DNA from: Takakia lepidozioides
Taxonomy: Eukaryota; Plantae; Bryophyta
Length of the DNA: 64,000 nt
NCBI GenBank assembly: GCA_030704615.1
Contig: CM060732.1
Coordinates: forward strand, 32,674,001 to 32,738,000
Direction: 5' to 3'
The notes below the pieces were generated by a model that worked only from the letters and a program-made list of their open reading frames with translations, had not been told where the DNA came from and searched no databases. The translations under genes were made by a program, and so were the position numbers. Every line of letters begins with the position of its first letter. The first letter of the stretch is position 1. Positions 1 through 13,500 of this stretch are shown in pieces.

Positions 1-1505
1 CTTAGCCTCAGCCAACTTCTTGATCTCTTCTCCAACCTTCTGTGCGTAGTTGGGATTCATTCTGTACCTTGCCTGCTTGATTGGTACTGACCCTGGTTCC
101 AGTTCAATCTTATGTTGACAGATTTCAGGTGGTATCCCTTTTAGATCCTCATAGTTCCAAGCAAATACATCTCTGTATTTGATGAACAAACTCTTAGCTT
201 CTTCAAAGAATTCTGGCTCCAAATCAGCTCCTACCTTCACCATCCTTGGTTCCTCTTTAGTTCCCACATTTACTTCCCTCACCTGCTCATCAGCTGTGAT
301 TGTCCAACCAGTCACCACTTCATCCTGTAAACTCACAGTGCTGGTTCCTCTAGGATTTCCATTTCTCCTTCTTTTTCTTCATAGAAATGTGATGGGTAAC
401 TGTTGGCTTCCTCTTCAATTGGTGTTGCTGACACTACACCACAGCAGATACCTCTTAAACAACTTAGGCTTTCCAGCCGCATCTCTGCAACCTACTCCCA
501 CTCTGGGTGTGCAGCAAACAGGGTAGCTTCCTGCTCCTCATCCAGTCCTCCTCTCCAGTCATACTCTCTGACCCCTCGAGGTCTTCTCGTAGCAGGTAAT
601 CTACTAGATTTCTTTGTGGTAATTTGTATCTCGTGCATCCCATTATGCACGGTTAGTAACTGAGAATTCCAGTCATGGAATACCCTGGCCTGTTTCAGCC
701 ACGGACGTCCCAATAATAAGGAGTAAGCCTCCATGACTTCATCCATTTTCAACACAGTTACTGTGATCATAAATATCATCTTCTGTATCTATATCTTAAC
801 TCCTCTTATTAATCCCAATGGCTGTACACTTCTTTGATCTGCCATTGTTACTGTAAATGGGGCTGGTTTCATGTTACTTAGACCAAGCTTCTTTCTTAAT
901 TGGTCTGTCATGGTATTTACTCCAGAGCCCCCATCTATCAGTACATCAGTTAGTTCTGTGCTTCCAATTCTCAATTGGATTACTGGCATAGAATCATCAA
1001 AGTCCATGACTATTTCTCGCCCTTCCGGCTTCACATTATAACTGGTCACCTTGTTGTTCAGGTCTGTGTTTCCTGTCTCCTGGGCAATTCGATTGATTGC
1101 TTGATACAGCCTGTGTCTACAATAAGGTGCCACAGCCAATAGCTGTCCAATGGTAATCTCTGCTTTGGTCTGGCATATTACTTCAGCCAAAGTCCCTTAA
1201 TTACTTTGCATGTCTGCATCTTCTTTCTTCCTTTCATCCTCACTCACTTCTTCTTCTCCATCAGAGTCAGAGGAATCTGCCACAGGAATATCAGTACTCT
1301 TCTGCATTTCCCTTATGGTATCTGCCACTTCCTTGTGCAGTTCCTTCTCATCTCTCCAAGCCTCATGATCTTCAGGCATATCACTGCCACCTTCATTATC
1401 ATCATCTTCCTCAACTACTGGAGGTATTAGTTTGGCTTTGCTTCTTGTTACTATCATTGTACTTACTTCTGGTACAACACATGGCCTAACCATGTGAGCT
1501 GCCAC
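1..1505 (-). mobile_element. Decayed Ty3/gypsy retrotransposon fragment (gag C-terminus, aspartic protease, start of RT); runs off the window edge
   Basis: Minus-strand frames give the protease motif VLIDGGSGVN, then YSLLLGRPWL, then the RT lead-in YRDVFAWNYEDLKGIPPEICQHKIEL...ARYRMNP. Broken by stops and frameshifts (about 1197, 789, 492). Confidence 0.88.
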
Positions 1506-1590
1506 CCCTGGGCCCTCGGAGGGGGCAGGCTTCGCTCTTCAGCGAGCCCCCTCTATACATGCAGGTGCTTCTACTTCAGCAAGTTCTCGA

Positions 1591-2013
1591 GTGCCACCAC
1601 CCAACGCTGATTTATGGCCAACAAAACAAAATGGGAGGCTGGTTCGTCATTTCTTTCCGACTGTCGAACACTTCGGCAAGGTGGAATCCACTCGAATGCT
1701 TCAAGGTCGTGTTACAGACACTACGGAAGTTTCACATCCCGAGTATGGACGAATCTACACTATGATGACCTCCACATCCGCTATGCATGACCGATTGTAC
1801 GACATCACAGTTTCAAATTTCCCCAACTGCACCTGTCCTGATTTTGTTGGCATGCTTACAACAAGTTTGGGAAAGACAAGAAAATTTATACCTTGCAAGA
1901 ATCTGTATTTTATCTTCTTGAACAGAATGGTTTGTGATCCCAAACGCGACATCTTCATTCACCAGGCCACCATGAGTTTCAACGAGGTGAATACACTTAT
2001 GCAGCGGGATAGG
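1591..2013 (+). pseudogene. SWIM-type zinc-finger coding fragment, probably transposon-derived
   Basis: YDITVSNFPNCTCPDF...PCKNLYFI fits the SWIM pattern CxC...CxH with the His replaced by Asn. It joins abruptly to gypsy RNase H sequence near 2014. Confidence 0.6.
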
Positions 2014-3920
2014 AGCCTTGTAGTTATCTTTGGAGTCAAATATTTTAGGTAGTATTTACATGGTTGTCATTTTACCATTGAAACTGATCATTTACCTTTG
2101 AAAGCCTTGCTAACTCCTTGTGAACTCACTCGCAGATTAGCTCGGTGGGCTCTAATACTGCAAGGCTATGACTTCACCATCTCCTACAAGCGTGGGAATG
2201 ATAATGTTAATGGAGATGCTTTGACTCGAGGCGAACCCAAAATCCCTGAACCTTACACTACCTTAAATGACCTGGTCCCTCATGCTGCACGCTCTACACC
2301 ATCTGCTGTGCCTGTTTTGGATCCCTTTGCCTTGTGTCATTTGCTGGACTATCCTTATGTTCCTCCAGATCTGCTTGACACTTGGGATCTATTTCAGTTT
2401 GATGTTGGTTGACTTTTCTTTGGTATTGGCATGAATTCTAGTATGACATCCTGCAGAAGGGTCTGGTACTTTCCCTTACCTTAGAACTGTTTATCTTGTC
2501 TTGCGCCTGCCTTGGTTTGTATCTCGACCAAGGGACTGAGTTGTGCCCTACAACCTGCTTGCCTCATCATAGGCAGCCAACTGAAAATGAAGTCAGGGTC
2601 ACGAAAGGAAGAGAACGGGGGCTGCCACTTTCTTTTTGCCTGCACTAACCTGTTGTTGTGTGACCATGAGTGATGTAGGCATGGATGATCCATTATACGA
2701 TGCTCTTCTCCATAGGTGCAAAACCGGCACCCACCTTAGTGACATATCCAAGCTGCTCATGAGGCAAATCAACTATCACTTACCTAGCCACCGGGAAAGT
2801 GAAGGCAGATTGTTCATAGTCACTGCTTTGGAAGGTACCTCTGCTGTGGAATTCCCTTCTAGGTCCGCTGTCCGTGCTTTACTCGAATTATACCATGCTT
2901 CTACTTATGTTGGCGGCCATTTGGGGGTTGCTAAAACTGTTAAGAGTTTACAGGAGCAGTATCACTGGAAAGGCGTAGTTAAAGATGTCTCAGCTTTCAT
3001 TGCAAGATGTGTGCTCTGTCATGCTAAAACCATCCTACCTAGGACCGAAGCTCCTTTACCTTTGCAGCCAATCCCGGTGACTGAATCATTTGCCAGGGTT
3101 GGCTTAGATCTAGTCGGACCCCTTAAATCCATGTCTAAGAGCCATGCATACCTTGCGGTTGCTACGGACTACCTGACAAAATGGGTTGAGCTCCGACCTC
3201 TGGTTGCTAAGGATAGTGATGAAGTGGTGCAGTTCTTATTTGATAAGGTGATACTTCGTCATGGTTGCCCTCTTGAAATCCTCACGGATCAAGGTACAAA
3301 GTTCTGCAACCAACTTATGGAGATTGTCTTGTTTAATCTCAACACTAAGCATGCCGTTACTGCTCCCTACAATCCCTAATGCAATGGTTTGACAGAACGA
3401 TTTAACAAAACTATATGCCAGATGCTCGAGAAGAATGGAACACTCATTGATGAATGGGATATTGCCGTGCCTATTCTGCTCTTTGCCTATAGGAATTCTA
3501 TCCATGCCAGTACCAAAATCTCACATTTTGAACTTTTGTATGGTAGGAAATGTAGAACTCCTTTGCATATCTCCTGGCTGCAGGTATCCGCTACTGAGCC
3601 TGAGAATTGGGAAGTCTTTTTGCTTTCCATGGATGCTAAACAATGTAGTTTGCGTGAAACAACAAAATCTAACATTGTGTTTGCCCAAACTGCTCAGGCC
3701 AAGAATTACAACAGACGTGTTGTGTATTCTGAGTCCTTCAAGGTAGGCCAGTCTGTTTGTGTCAGGCTTTAGCCTGGTAAGCAGATATCTAAGGCCAAAC
3801 GTAGAATTGATGGCCCTTACCTTATCTCTGATATTCTTCCTGGCAGGTAGTATGTCTTGCTCCCCCAACATGCTTCTACTCCTCACTTAGCTAGCTCCAT
3901 TCATGTTTCATTGCTTGTTC
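2014..3920 (+). mobile_element. Second decayed Ty3/gypsy pol fragment (RNase H and integrase)
   Basis: RNase H: FGVKYFR*YLHGCHFTIETDHLPLK...RLARWALILQGYDFTISYKRG...DALTR. Integrase: HHCC (YHAS..GGHLG...CVLC), DLVGPL, TDYLTKW, TDQGTKF, TERFNKT. Internal stops at 2050, 3377 and 3770. Confidence 0.92.
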
Positions 3921-4341
3921 CATGCACTCTTACTTTTGATCTAACCTGTTTGAATGTTGAGAACTGTTAGGTGATCTTCACCCCCACAGCTCGGACAGTT
4001 CGTAATCAGACCATGGCATCTTCTTCTTTAGAGTAGTTTTTGAATTTCGTGATAGTTTTCTGCACCAATTGTAGCACTTGGGGTTTTTCCTATGGGATGT
4101 TTTGTCCTCCACCCAGCTTGCAGGGTGAGGTTTTCTTCCCTAGGTTTTTTCATCCCTTGTGTGCTGGGTGTGTAGTTTGTTTTGGCTAGGCTTTGTTTTT
4201 GTTCTTCATGAGCTCATCACTCGCAAGAGCTCGCAGTTTCTAGTGGCCCCAGCAGACTTCACATATGTGGAGCTGGGATTCATTCTCACCTTCCTTTTCA
4301 ACTTGGATGAATGGAGAAGGGATGCGCTCCGAATGATTTAG

Positions 4342-4873
4342 TGATGGACGGAGCCAAGATGAAGTCTGGATAAACTTACACCTTGCGCATGAGGACGAGC
4401 TGGCAACAGCTGATGACTTTATTAGGTGCTCTCTTATTCTAACAACTAGTTTAGGATTAGATTAGGATGGATCTAGGTAATCTGGCTTCTTTCTATGGCT
4501 ATGCTGGAAGGGCATCTGGCTGGCCTATATATAAGTGCCACACGACACTAAGATTAGATTACGACCTAATACTATTTAAGCTCGACTGCCGTGGCAGTGA
4601 GGGTGGTGGCTTTTGGGTCTTACGCGAATGTACGTTGGGTGTAACGGTGTGCTTGAGTGTGTGGATGAATGTGCTTTGGAAGTCCGATTCAGTTGCGTCA
4701 TCTTCGTGAGATTCCGTCTTCTCTGCCAGGCCCATCTATCGACTACATTCCCAGATAGGATTAAGTCCGGTAGAGGAAGGGGAACAAACCCATAGTGTTG
4801 GAATCAAGACTTCACAGGGTTTCACTCCAAATGCCTTCATTTCCACTTGTGGGTGGGGACTATCTCGTCAACA
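4342..4873 (+). mobile_element. Possible LTR associated with the upstream gypsy fragment
   Basis: TG...CA ends (TGATGGACG ... CGTCAACA), an internal CTATATATAAG near 4525, and a sharp shift to AT-rich DNA after 4873. No partner LTR or clean PPT is visible. Confidence 0.3.
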
Positions 4874-5980
4874 AATTTATTGCTTAAGGAATAGTTTAAT
4901 TTCAATAAAATCTCAGCAAGATATGGGCATTTTTCTTACAGGTCAAGACCCGATTCAGGTCGCGTAGGAAGTTAAGGGTTAAGACTTTTTATATTTCATT
5001 AGCTATTACCATCATCATATTTATAGATATGCATAATCATAAAATATTAGTGAATTGAAACATGTTTATCACAAACCCAAATAATATTGAAAGTGCTAGA
5101 ACATTTACATTGAATATGTGAAGAAACAAAAGAAAGATCAGTGACGGTGTGTGTGCCTCATGGTATAAATAGGGGTTTTAATTTTTTTTCCCGAATAAAT
5201 TATTAATAGAATTCATGAGGGCCTCTGTCCCCTGTTCTGTACGAAAGAAAGAAAGAAAGAAAAGAAAATAACGTTAAGGCAGATCTGACAAAAAGAATTT
5301 TCATAACAGTTTTTAATTTTTTTAATAGAATTATTTGCGCAGTAGGGGCAGCTTCAGAAATATGCATTGATGATGTGACCTACGAAACGTGGCCATGATG
5401 AAGTCAAAAATTTTTTTTTTCCCTTTTCCATTGTTTTGTTGACAATCTGGGCAGATTCGAAAAAATATACGCTGATGACATGGCATATGAAACCTGACTG
5501 CAGTGATGTGGCATTGGAGCACCCCACTCCTTCTCTACACTAAAACTAGTCTCCGACCTTCAGTCCACTCTAGAATTTAATAGTGAGTCCAGGTAATAGG
5601 GGGTGGGAATATTTGATAGGGGCCTGCCCTAGAAGGCCGATGCTGGAATCCGGTGAAAGCACCGTCAGATCGCTTGTTTGCTTTCAGTTCTTACATTATT
5701 CTTCCATATTTTGATTATAGATTTTGGCAAAACCCAAGATGATTTGTTTGTTTTAGAATTTTGATTTTCCATTTTTTTTTCTTAAAATAAAGAAGCGAGA
5801 AAGCAAGCGGAGAGGGGGAACCCATTTTTTTATATTTTTGGTTTTACAGAAAGGGCAGCCCTTCATTACATGCACCTTTATCATGGAAATAGTTGAAAAA
5901 CGGAAAACAAAACTCTTGCAAGGGCTTCCTTCAGAAAACAAAAAACTGAAAAAAAAAAAAAAAAAAAAAAACCTGCACAT

Positions 5981-6214
5981 CAGCTGGTAGCTCAGCTGGT
6001 AAGTGCACAGTGTGTCGCCCTGGTGGTTCAGGGTTCAAAACCCGCTGCCTTGTCTTGTGTGTGGACGGTTCGTGACCGGTTGGTCTGGTGGTGGTGTTTC
6101 CCACCTGTGTGCCTAATGGCTTATCTGAAAGGGGGTTGATTTTCCCCCTCCTCAAGGGCCTGAATTGTGAGCAGTTGCTCCCAGGTTTCTTTTCTTAAAT
6201 TAAAAAAAAAAAAA
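5981..6214 (+). mobile_element. tRNA-derived SINE
   Basis: A box TAGCTCAGCTGG (5988-5999), B box GGTTCAAAACC (6032-6042), about 150 bp of unrelated body, 3' GAGC-N4-GCTC hairpin and an A13 tail (6202-6214). It sits next to a poly(A) tract. Confidence 0.72.
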
Positions 6215-6240
6215 CTTTCTCCTCTCACCACAATTACTTA

Positions 6241-6294
6241 AGGGGCCTGATTTATGAGCAGACGCTCCCAGGTGTTTCCCTTTAATAAAAAAAG
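6241..6294 (+). repeat. Second, 3'-only copy of the SINE tail module
   Basis: GGGCCTGATTTATGAGCAGACGCTCCCAGGTGTTTCCC plus A-rich tail matches 6156-6190 (GGGCCTGAATTGTGAGCAGTTGCTCCCAGGTTTC). Confidence 0.75.
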
Positions 6295-6710
6295 ACAATA
6301 AAAGGAACGGAGCATTTTAATTTTTACGCCTGAAGACCTAATGACGTGGGGCACAACCTATTACCGTGGATTGTGCTCATATGAGCGTGCTCAAACCCCA
6401 CCTCTCCGCACAGTAGACATATGCAGAGTAACTTAGCTTGGTTGTTCAAATTTGGGCCCACCGCCGGTGAAATGTTGAGTGCAGAAGATTCTTCCAATTG
6501 TGTGAAACAAGTAGGAGGAGTGGAATCCTAGTTGGATTTTTTAGGGTTTGAGGAGCATTGGACGAAACAGATGGTTCCGAGGCAAGGTTGTGGCCCGGTG
6601 CGAATTTGGAAACCAGAGGCAAGCCCAGATCTGCCGAGATGAATCGTGAGCAGTAACGCAAGCCACAGAATGTGGAAGACAAGAAGGCCTTGACCAATTC
6701 GAGCGTGAGC

Positions 6711-9284
6711 ATGAATAGGAGCGAAGACTGGACGAGTGAAAATGTAGGATGGGCTACCTGGGCAGCGCTTGCAATTGTTGCTGTGTGCTATCTGATTCGC
6801 TGTGCCGTGCAACGGCTCTCTCCCTTCTGGTCGACATCTAGTGCTGCATCTGCTCGAAGGTGCAAGCTGACATGGCTCTTGTGGTTTTGAGCAGTATCTA
6901 GGGTTTCTAGGCTTACGAGAGATTGAATACTTTCAATAGGGATTTGTGTTGTCCCTGTAAGCCGAGCATTAGCTGCACAATTAACAGTTTTCTATCACCA
7001 AAATTGTTGCTCTTTCGTTCTGTATGACAGATTTTGCAGTTTTATTGTTTGGACTTCAAAGCTCACAATAATCAATTACAATTGTGGCAGGAGCAATGCA
7101 ATTAGCAGTAGTGGCTCTTCTGCGTCGAGAATTTCCATACAGATTACAGATGAGGACCTGCTGCACTTCATGGAGGTTCTGGAAGAGGCTGGGAACGAGG
7201 AGGAGGGTTCCTGGGAACTTGTCCTGGAAAGGCAGTCTGACAGAGTTGCGTACAGTGCCAAGCGCCGAGATCCGAAGGTTATCTTCGCCCCTCTTCTTCC
7301 GAACTATACTAGCTCGTGTGTGATTCCCTTTTCAGAGGAAGATTGGAATTGAGGGAGGAGTGATCAAAGAGAAAAATGCACCCTAGCTACAGGTGTGCTT
7401 CTCTCTTAACGTTCTATGACCAACTTGAGGTATGCAGCCAAGCCATGGTCGTTTCTGCACATATATGGAAAACTGGACACTAATGAGATTCATGGGAACA
7501 CCTTATGTTCTCTCTAAGTGTGCGTTGTAAATGTTTGGGTCAAAAGAAGGATTCATAGATGTTTATGGCGAGACAGTAGGGTTTTCAATGAACCATCACT
7601 ATTGCATATATCATCATGCCGAAGGTACATTATGGAGTTGTGACATATCACATTGGCTGCAGGATGGCGGAGCCACAGAATACCTAAGCACAACAGTATT
7701 TCAAGATTCTTCTACACGGCTGTTGCGCGATTTCTATATGGACAGTGACTTTCGAGCCAAATGGGACAAAACCCTTGTTCACCATCGACAGCTGGATGTC
7801 TGCCAGGTCACTGGAATAGAAGTTGGGCAAATGGTTAAGAAGTTCCCATTGATGATGGCCAGGGAATATGTGTTGGCATGGCGTGTGTGGGAGGGTGATG
7901 ACCAATCATACTACTGTTTTCTCAAGGTCCTTTGACACCCTTCTGCACAAACTTTCAGGTTGTTGGGCTTCTTGAGCATTAAGGCCACCAATTCAGTGTA
8001 GGAGTTTCTGTAGGGGACTCCCGCAGGAAGTGGATTAAATTGTTTCTCATGTGTGCATCTACTCTTGGTACAAGAGACATAGAACTAGAACGATGTCTGA
8101 GAGGAAGCTGATGATTCAGTTGTGCTTTGTGGCTAGGCATGCGACCATCCTGACGCCCCCAGGCAGCCCAAGTACAAGCGTGTGGAGGTCTACGTGTCAG
8201 GTTGGCGCATCCGCAGAGGTTAGTGGAACTTCATGTTTCTTTTTCTCACTTTGTTTTCCTCAATTTCTCTCTTGGCCGTCTCCTTTTAGAGCTAATGAAG
8301 CTGCGCTGGCGATGGCCTGACTACTGCAGCGCATGTAATGTTATTGAAAACTATTTTTTTCCCTGTGAATGACTGAGTGCCTAAGCCAAAGTGCTTACAT
8401 GTTGTGCACTTTCCTCTTAGTAGGCTTGCTGGGCTTGGGTAGGAGCCTGGCAGTACGTTATTATCAGGTGACCAACAAAACATGGATTCCATTCATGTGG
8501 TGTTACGTGTTGCAATGCATATCACACAGATCAATGTTTTCCATCATGGTTGGGGCTTGTGGCAGTGGCAGGCAGGGATGCATGTGAGGTAAAGATGGTG
8601 CATCAGGAAGACATGGGCATGCAACGTGACATGGCCAAGGTGGCCTTCCGCCGAGGCATTTGGACTTATGTCCTCAGAATGAACCTGAATCTACGCCAAT
8701 ATGGCAAGCCTCAACTTCACCCTGGCCTCAACGCTGTGTCCCTTGCTCACAAGGTGCCTTCTCTACCAGGAGTGACAACTTTAGTTGTAATAGTAGCACT
8801 GGTTGGCTCGGGTAAACATTCAAATACATGGGTATAGACATTGTTGTGTCACATGTGAAATGGCATCGCTTCGTCCATGATTATTTCGTAATCATCAGAT
8901 GGATCTATCTAGTTTGATCTCTTTGGAACAAGACAGGCCAGAACCAGGGGTCCTTGTCTAACTCAAACTGCATTTTGCACCAAAGATCTGAACTACTGGA
9001 TGCTACAGGTACCAGTGACAGTAAAGGAAAGATTTCCAAGTAAGGAACCTGTTCCTGAAAAAGTGCTGCACACCAGCAGGCAGTCCAGCACCAGTGGGCT
9101 ACCTTTACGCAACTGCCCTTCAAAAAAGAAGCTGGCAAAGGGGCTGTTGCTCTTAGGCGGGGTGGTGTTTTTTGCACAGGGCTCTGCTTCACTGGGGGCA
9201 AAGATTGCAACTGTCTGCATGATGAACCGAGCCTGGAGAGCTGGCAGTCCTTTTTCAATTTTTCTGCAGAGGGTAGAGACGTGA
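6711..9284 (+). CDS. START-domain lipid-binding protein (PCTP/STARD7-like) with hydrophobic N- and C-terminal segments; 6 exons
   Basis: Exons about 6711-6859, 7091-7277, 7663-7926, 8137-8218, 8566-8753, 9009-9284, all GT-AG and phase-compatible. Motifs LRDFYMDSDFRAKWD, KKFPLMMAREYVLAWRVWEG, YVSGWRIR, MVHQED. Confidence 0.9.
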
Positions 9285-10512
9285 TGTGTGGGCGGGGGTT
9301 GGAAGGTGGAGCTCTCAAGGGAGTTGTGATTGCATGCGACAATATATCTTCACCATTTGAATTGTAGATACTGATTAAACAATTTGGAGCAACAAAAACC
9401 AAGCTCTTACTATTGGTAGGCACATTATGCTCAACTGAAGACCACCTAAAAGCAGGCATTATCATTCTGTGCCCTTTTCAGTGGGACCTGTACACTTTCA
9501 AATAATTCAAGAAGGCATCACTTTATTGAGCTACACCTGCATACACAATATACAATAACCAGCACTCAAACAAGCTGAAGAAGCTGCTGCTGCACTATGC
9601 CTCATTCCCTTGGATGTGTATTGAGCATCCTTGATCTCTTCTTACAATTCTGCAGCTTGTTCATCTTCACTCTTGATCCATGCCCGCCTCCTGTGCCGCG
9701 GACTCTCCTCTTTGCACTACCTTCACGCGAATGATTGTGTTCATTCGTAACGTGAAAGGGATGAGGATGCCAATAATCTTGAAGTCCGAGGAATAACATT
9801 ATGAGAGTCTGACGTCCTCAATGCCACAGCATCTGTGTCAGTGAGAGGAACAGAATCCGATTCTTCGAGGCTTTGCAATCATCAGCGCCATCACAATCCT
9901 TGTCTTTCCCACACTTCGACTGTTTGTGAGACCGATGAGTCATAAAGTCATAGCTCCACACAGATACCTTCCCATTTATGCGTTTTATGTTTAGAACCAG
10001 TGTGGTGTCGGCTCATTATCGATTGGAGAATTCCTTGAACTGAAAACAAAGATTTAGATAGGAGAGTGCGATAAATGATGGCGCAGGCTATGGAGGGTGT
10101 CAAGCTGAGCTGGTTCCTGCCACCTTCGTCTCTCGAGTCCCGTGAGCGCTCAAACACACACTGACACGCCGGCTTCCATTTCCCCTGTGGAGCTGCAGAC
10201 TGCAGGCCTACGTTGACAGGCCTGCTAGCTTTGGCAGAGCCGTTGAACATTCACTCGTACGTACATGCTCTATTAGAACACTGCAATTTTACTAGAAACC
10301 TTTTCTTTACAACATTGCTTTCTCTGCTGCCTGTCTGCATACCTTCGACCTAGCAGTCGCTGTAATAAGTTGCCGATGCCTGCTTGTCAACTGTGTGTCT
10401 GCTCCTTGCTGCCAGGTTCTGGCTTGTCGGAATTAGGACTGGAGTCTGCAATGTGGAGAGGAGAGAGTGGTGACAGTTCGGATTGACGGAGGTGGAGCTC
10501 GCACTGATTGGG

Positions 10513-13500
10513 ATGGCACGCCCTTACGCGATTTCGTATTTGGCTATCAGCGTTGTGGCGTCACTGCTGGGCGTGGTCCGTGGAGCTACAGATCCACAAG
10601 ATGGTGCCTAAGCTTCACTTACATTCAATTACATTGCCTTACAGTCAGGTTACTCAGTGGATGATGATGTCCATTGCTCCTCTGCCCCGCTATGGTCGCA
10701 CATCAGAGAGCTATAATACCTGCTAAAGTAACTGGTTTATGAGCCTTACATAACAAATTTGGACTGGAATTAAGAGTTCCCGTTTGAGGGGAGATCAATA
10801 CCGAGTGATTCGCTAGTGTGTCGAACCTACATGGCATCAAAGAGTTTATTCTTTCAAATTCAAAGCAAAAATGGCAAAGAACTCCAGCTGAATAAGATTG
10901 GCGGTAGATTTGGCATGCTCTTAGAACTGTTGTCAGTTAATCTGCTCCTGTAGGACAAGTATTTCAGATGAAAGGTCTTTGACGTAGGGCAAGTTACAGA
11001 TTCTGAACCGTTAGTACGCAAAATTTCTAACTACCTTTTATTTCCTTGTCTGAAGTAGTGAAAGGCATGTTGGATTGTTACCCCTTCGGACTCCCAGCCT
11101 GGCCCCCATCGCTTCAGTTCCTGGTGGTGCTGTTCCAAGGTCCTGTAGCCTTAATGATGGTGGCCAAGCTACATGGTGGTCACGGAGCAGTTGGGGAGTG
11201 TCTGGAGGACATGATACTGAGGAAGCTTTGCCTTGTGTGTCTCCCGTGGTGCTGCAGTGACTGGACTCACGATTCTGTTTTCTTCCCTTAATCAACCCCC
11301 ACAACTGACGAACTGGAATGCTAGTGGAGGTGATCCCTGCAGTGAAATGTGGCTTGGAGTTACTTGCTCTGGAGCCAACGTTACTGACATGTACGTACAT
11401 ATTATTATTTCTCATGTTGCTGACCGTGTTTGTGACAATTGAGGCACTCCTGGGATTAGCTTATTGGTGATTGTAAGTTTTGGTGAATAGTGGTCAGCTT
11501 GGGGTTGCTAGCTGTGGGGTTAGTTGGGGGTGTGGGAAGTGCAATGAGTTGCTTGCCTGGCCAGACACTGTGTGATACTTTGATGAGCTTGCTCATAAGC
11601 ACTACTTAGTCTCCTTCACCTTTTGTGCTCCAGTCGGCTGTCTGGCCTGGGACTTTCAGGAACGCTGGGATATGCACTTTCTGAATTTCAAGGGGTACTT
11701 TACCTGTAAGTTGGAACTGCCTCTACTTCCTCTAGAAACTCCCACTGAGTATCATAAAGCAAAGGGAGGATTGATTGTGCATCATTTGCAAATAAAAGAG
11801 TAGAGGATGAAAAAATATGTAGAGGAAAAACACCATCATATGTGCACCAGAGGAGTTGTGAATGCGGCATACATCTTACATCAAGAAAAGCTCTCTCTGT
11901 ATGTGTCTTCCTTGTACATCTGCCATTTGGACAAGTCTCTCCAACTTATCATATTCAGAACTGATAAAGTATGCAATAGTGACTACTTACAAGGGTCCGA
12001 CCCTTGCAGCCCCATTGCCATCATTCAAACAGACTAGATCCCGTTGCAACTTTCTGTGCTCACATGCGCCTGGCTTGCACTTCAAACTGCCGGCGTGTCT
12101 GTCTATCCATGTCAGATACCGTAATACTCTGCTACCCTTCAGTACCAAAGCTTGGTGCCTCACCAGGCCTCGGGCGGACTTGACCTGTTCACTAGACCCT
12201 TTTGGCAACCTGCAACAGGAGTGGAGATATGTTGAACATCCATTTTCACCTATTTGTGTCCCAGCTTACCACATTGTGCACGTTTGTGATGCAGTGATGT
12301 GAGCAGTAACAATATTCAAGGAAATTTGCCTTACCAATTGCCTCCATTCGTCCGGGAGCTGTAAGCCAATGATACCCTTGTTCGGATGAAATGTTGCATT
12401 CTTTGTTTCTTTGTTTCATGCTAGTATGTACATGTCTGGCCATTATCCAAAACATGCTCTTGTGTTATGACGTGGTGTTCTCCATCAAACCATCGCACGG
12501 ATTGTCTATCAGGGTGACATGCTGTAGGTTTTATGTTGCTTTACAACATTTCCTCAGACATGTTGCCATCTCATGCCTTCCCCATCTCATAGGTGGGAAG
12601 CCTGCCCTACGATGAAATTGATTTTGAAGTCTTTCTGTTGAGATGGAACTATGGGGGTCTTCTCCTGATGAGACTTTTCTATGCCTCCAGATACTTGCAA
12701 GGAAATCAATTCACTGGCAACATTCCGTATGCACTGCAACAATTGACGGGTCTAACTGATTTGTATGCATCAATCTCTCCAAGTTGATAGATGTTTGTGC
12801 TTGTTGGACCTTGCAAAGGAACTGGATGCTGGGCTGCTACTGTTACTGACAGTGTCACTGTATAGCTGGCCTCCAACTGGTATGGCCACTTATACGTGTC
12901 ATTGTTGGCCAATTGGTACTCAAGTGCTCGGACAATCAAGTGAGGTGGGCATACCTTACTGGCCTTGGGGTGATCCAAATAGCTTCCACTGGACTTAAGG
13001 TGAAACTTGTCAGTTGAGGCATTGCAAGTCTGGCAAAGAGGTTTATTAGAATGGTTCTCTCTGGGCTGCTGGATTGACGCCAAGCCTCTTGCATGAATGC
13101 AGGAATTTAAGTCACAATCAGCTAAGCAATGGAATTCCCGACGTTTTTGTGCCACTCACCAACCTTAAAACTCTGTAAGTTGGCCTTTTGTTTACCAACT
13201 CCTGTCTTGCCAAAACCCATCAGTAACTCATAAATACGGGCTAGATCACCAGAGAGTTTTTCAGTGGTTGATTAGATAAGAAGGACAGAAGGGAACCTTA
13301 TAATGTCCATGCGAAGCTCAAAGAGCTTATATGACTAAAGAAAATGATGAAATAAAGATGTGTGACCACAACTATGTTTCTTGGTTCCCAGTGCAAGTGT
13401 TAGGTGTTCTGGTTGATACACTAGCAACAGTCTGGTGTCACCTTGAAAAGATGAGTGAGTGTGGTTTGTGTTTGGGTATGTTTATCTGCATGCAGAGATT

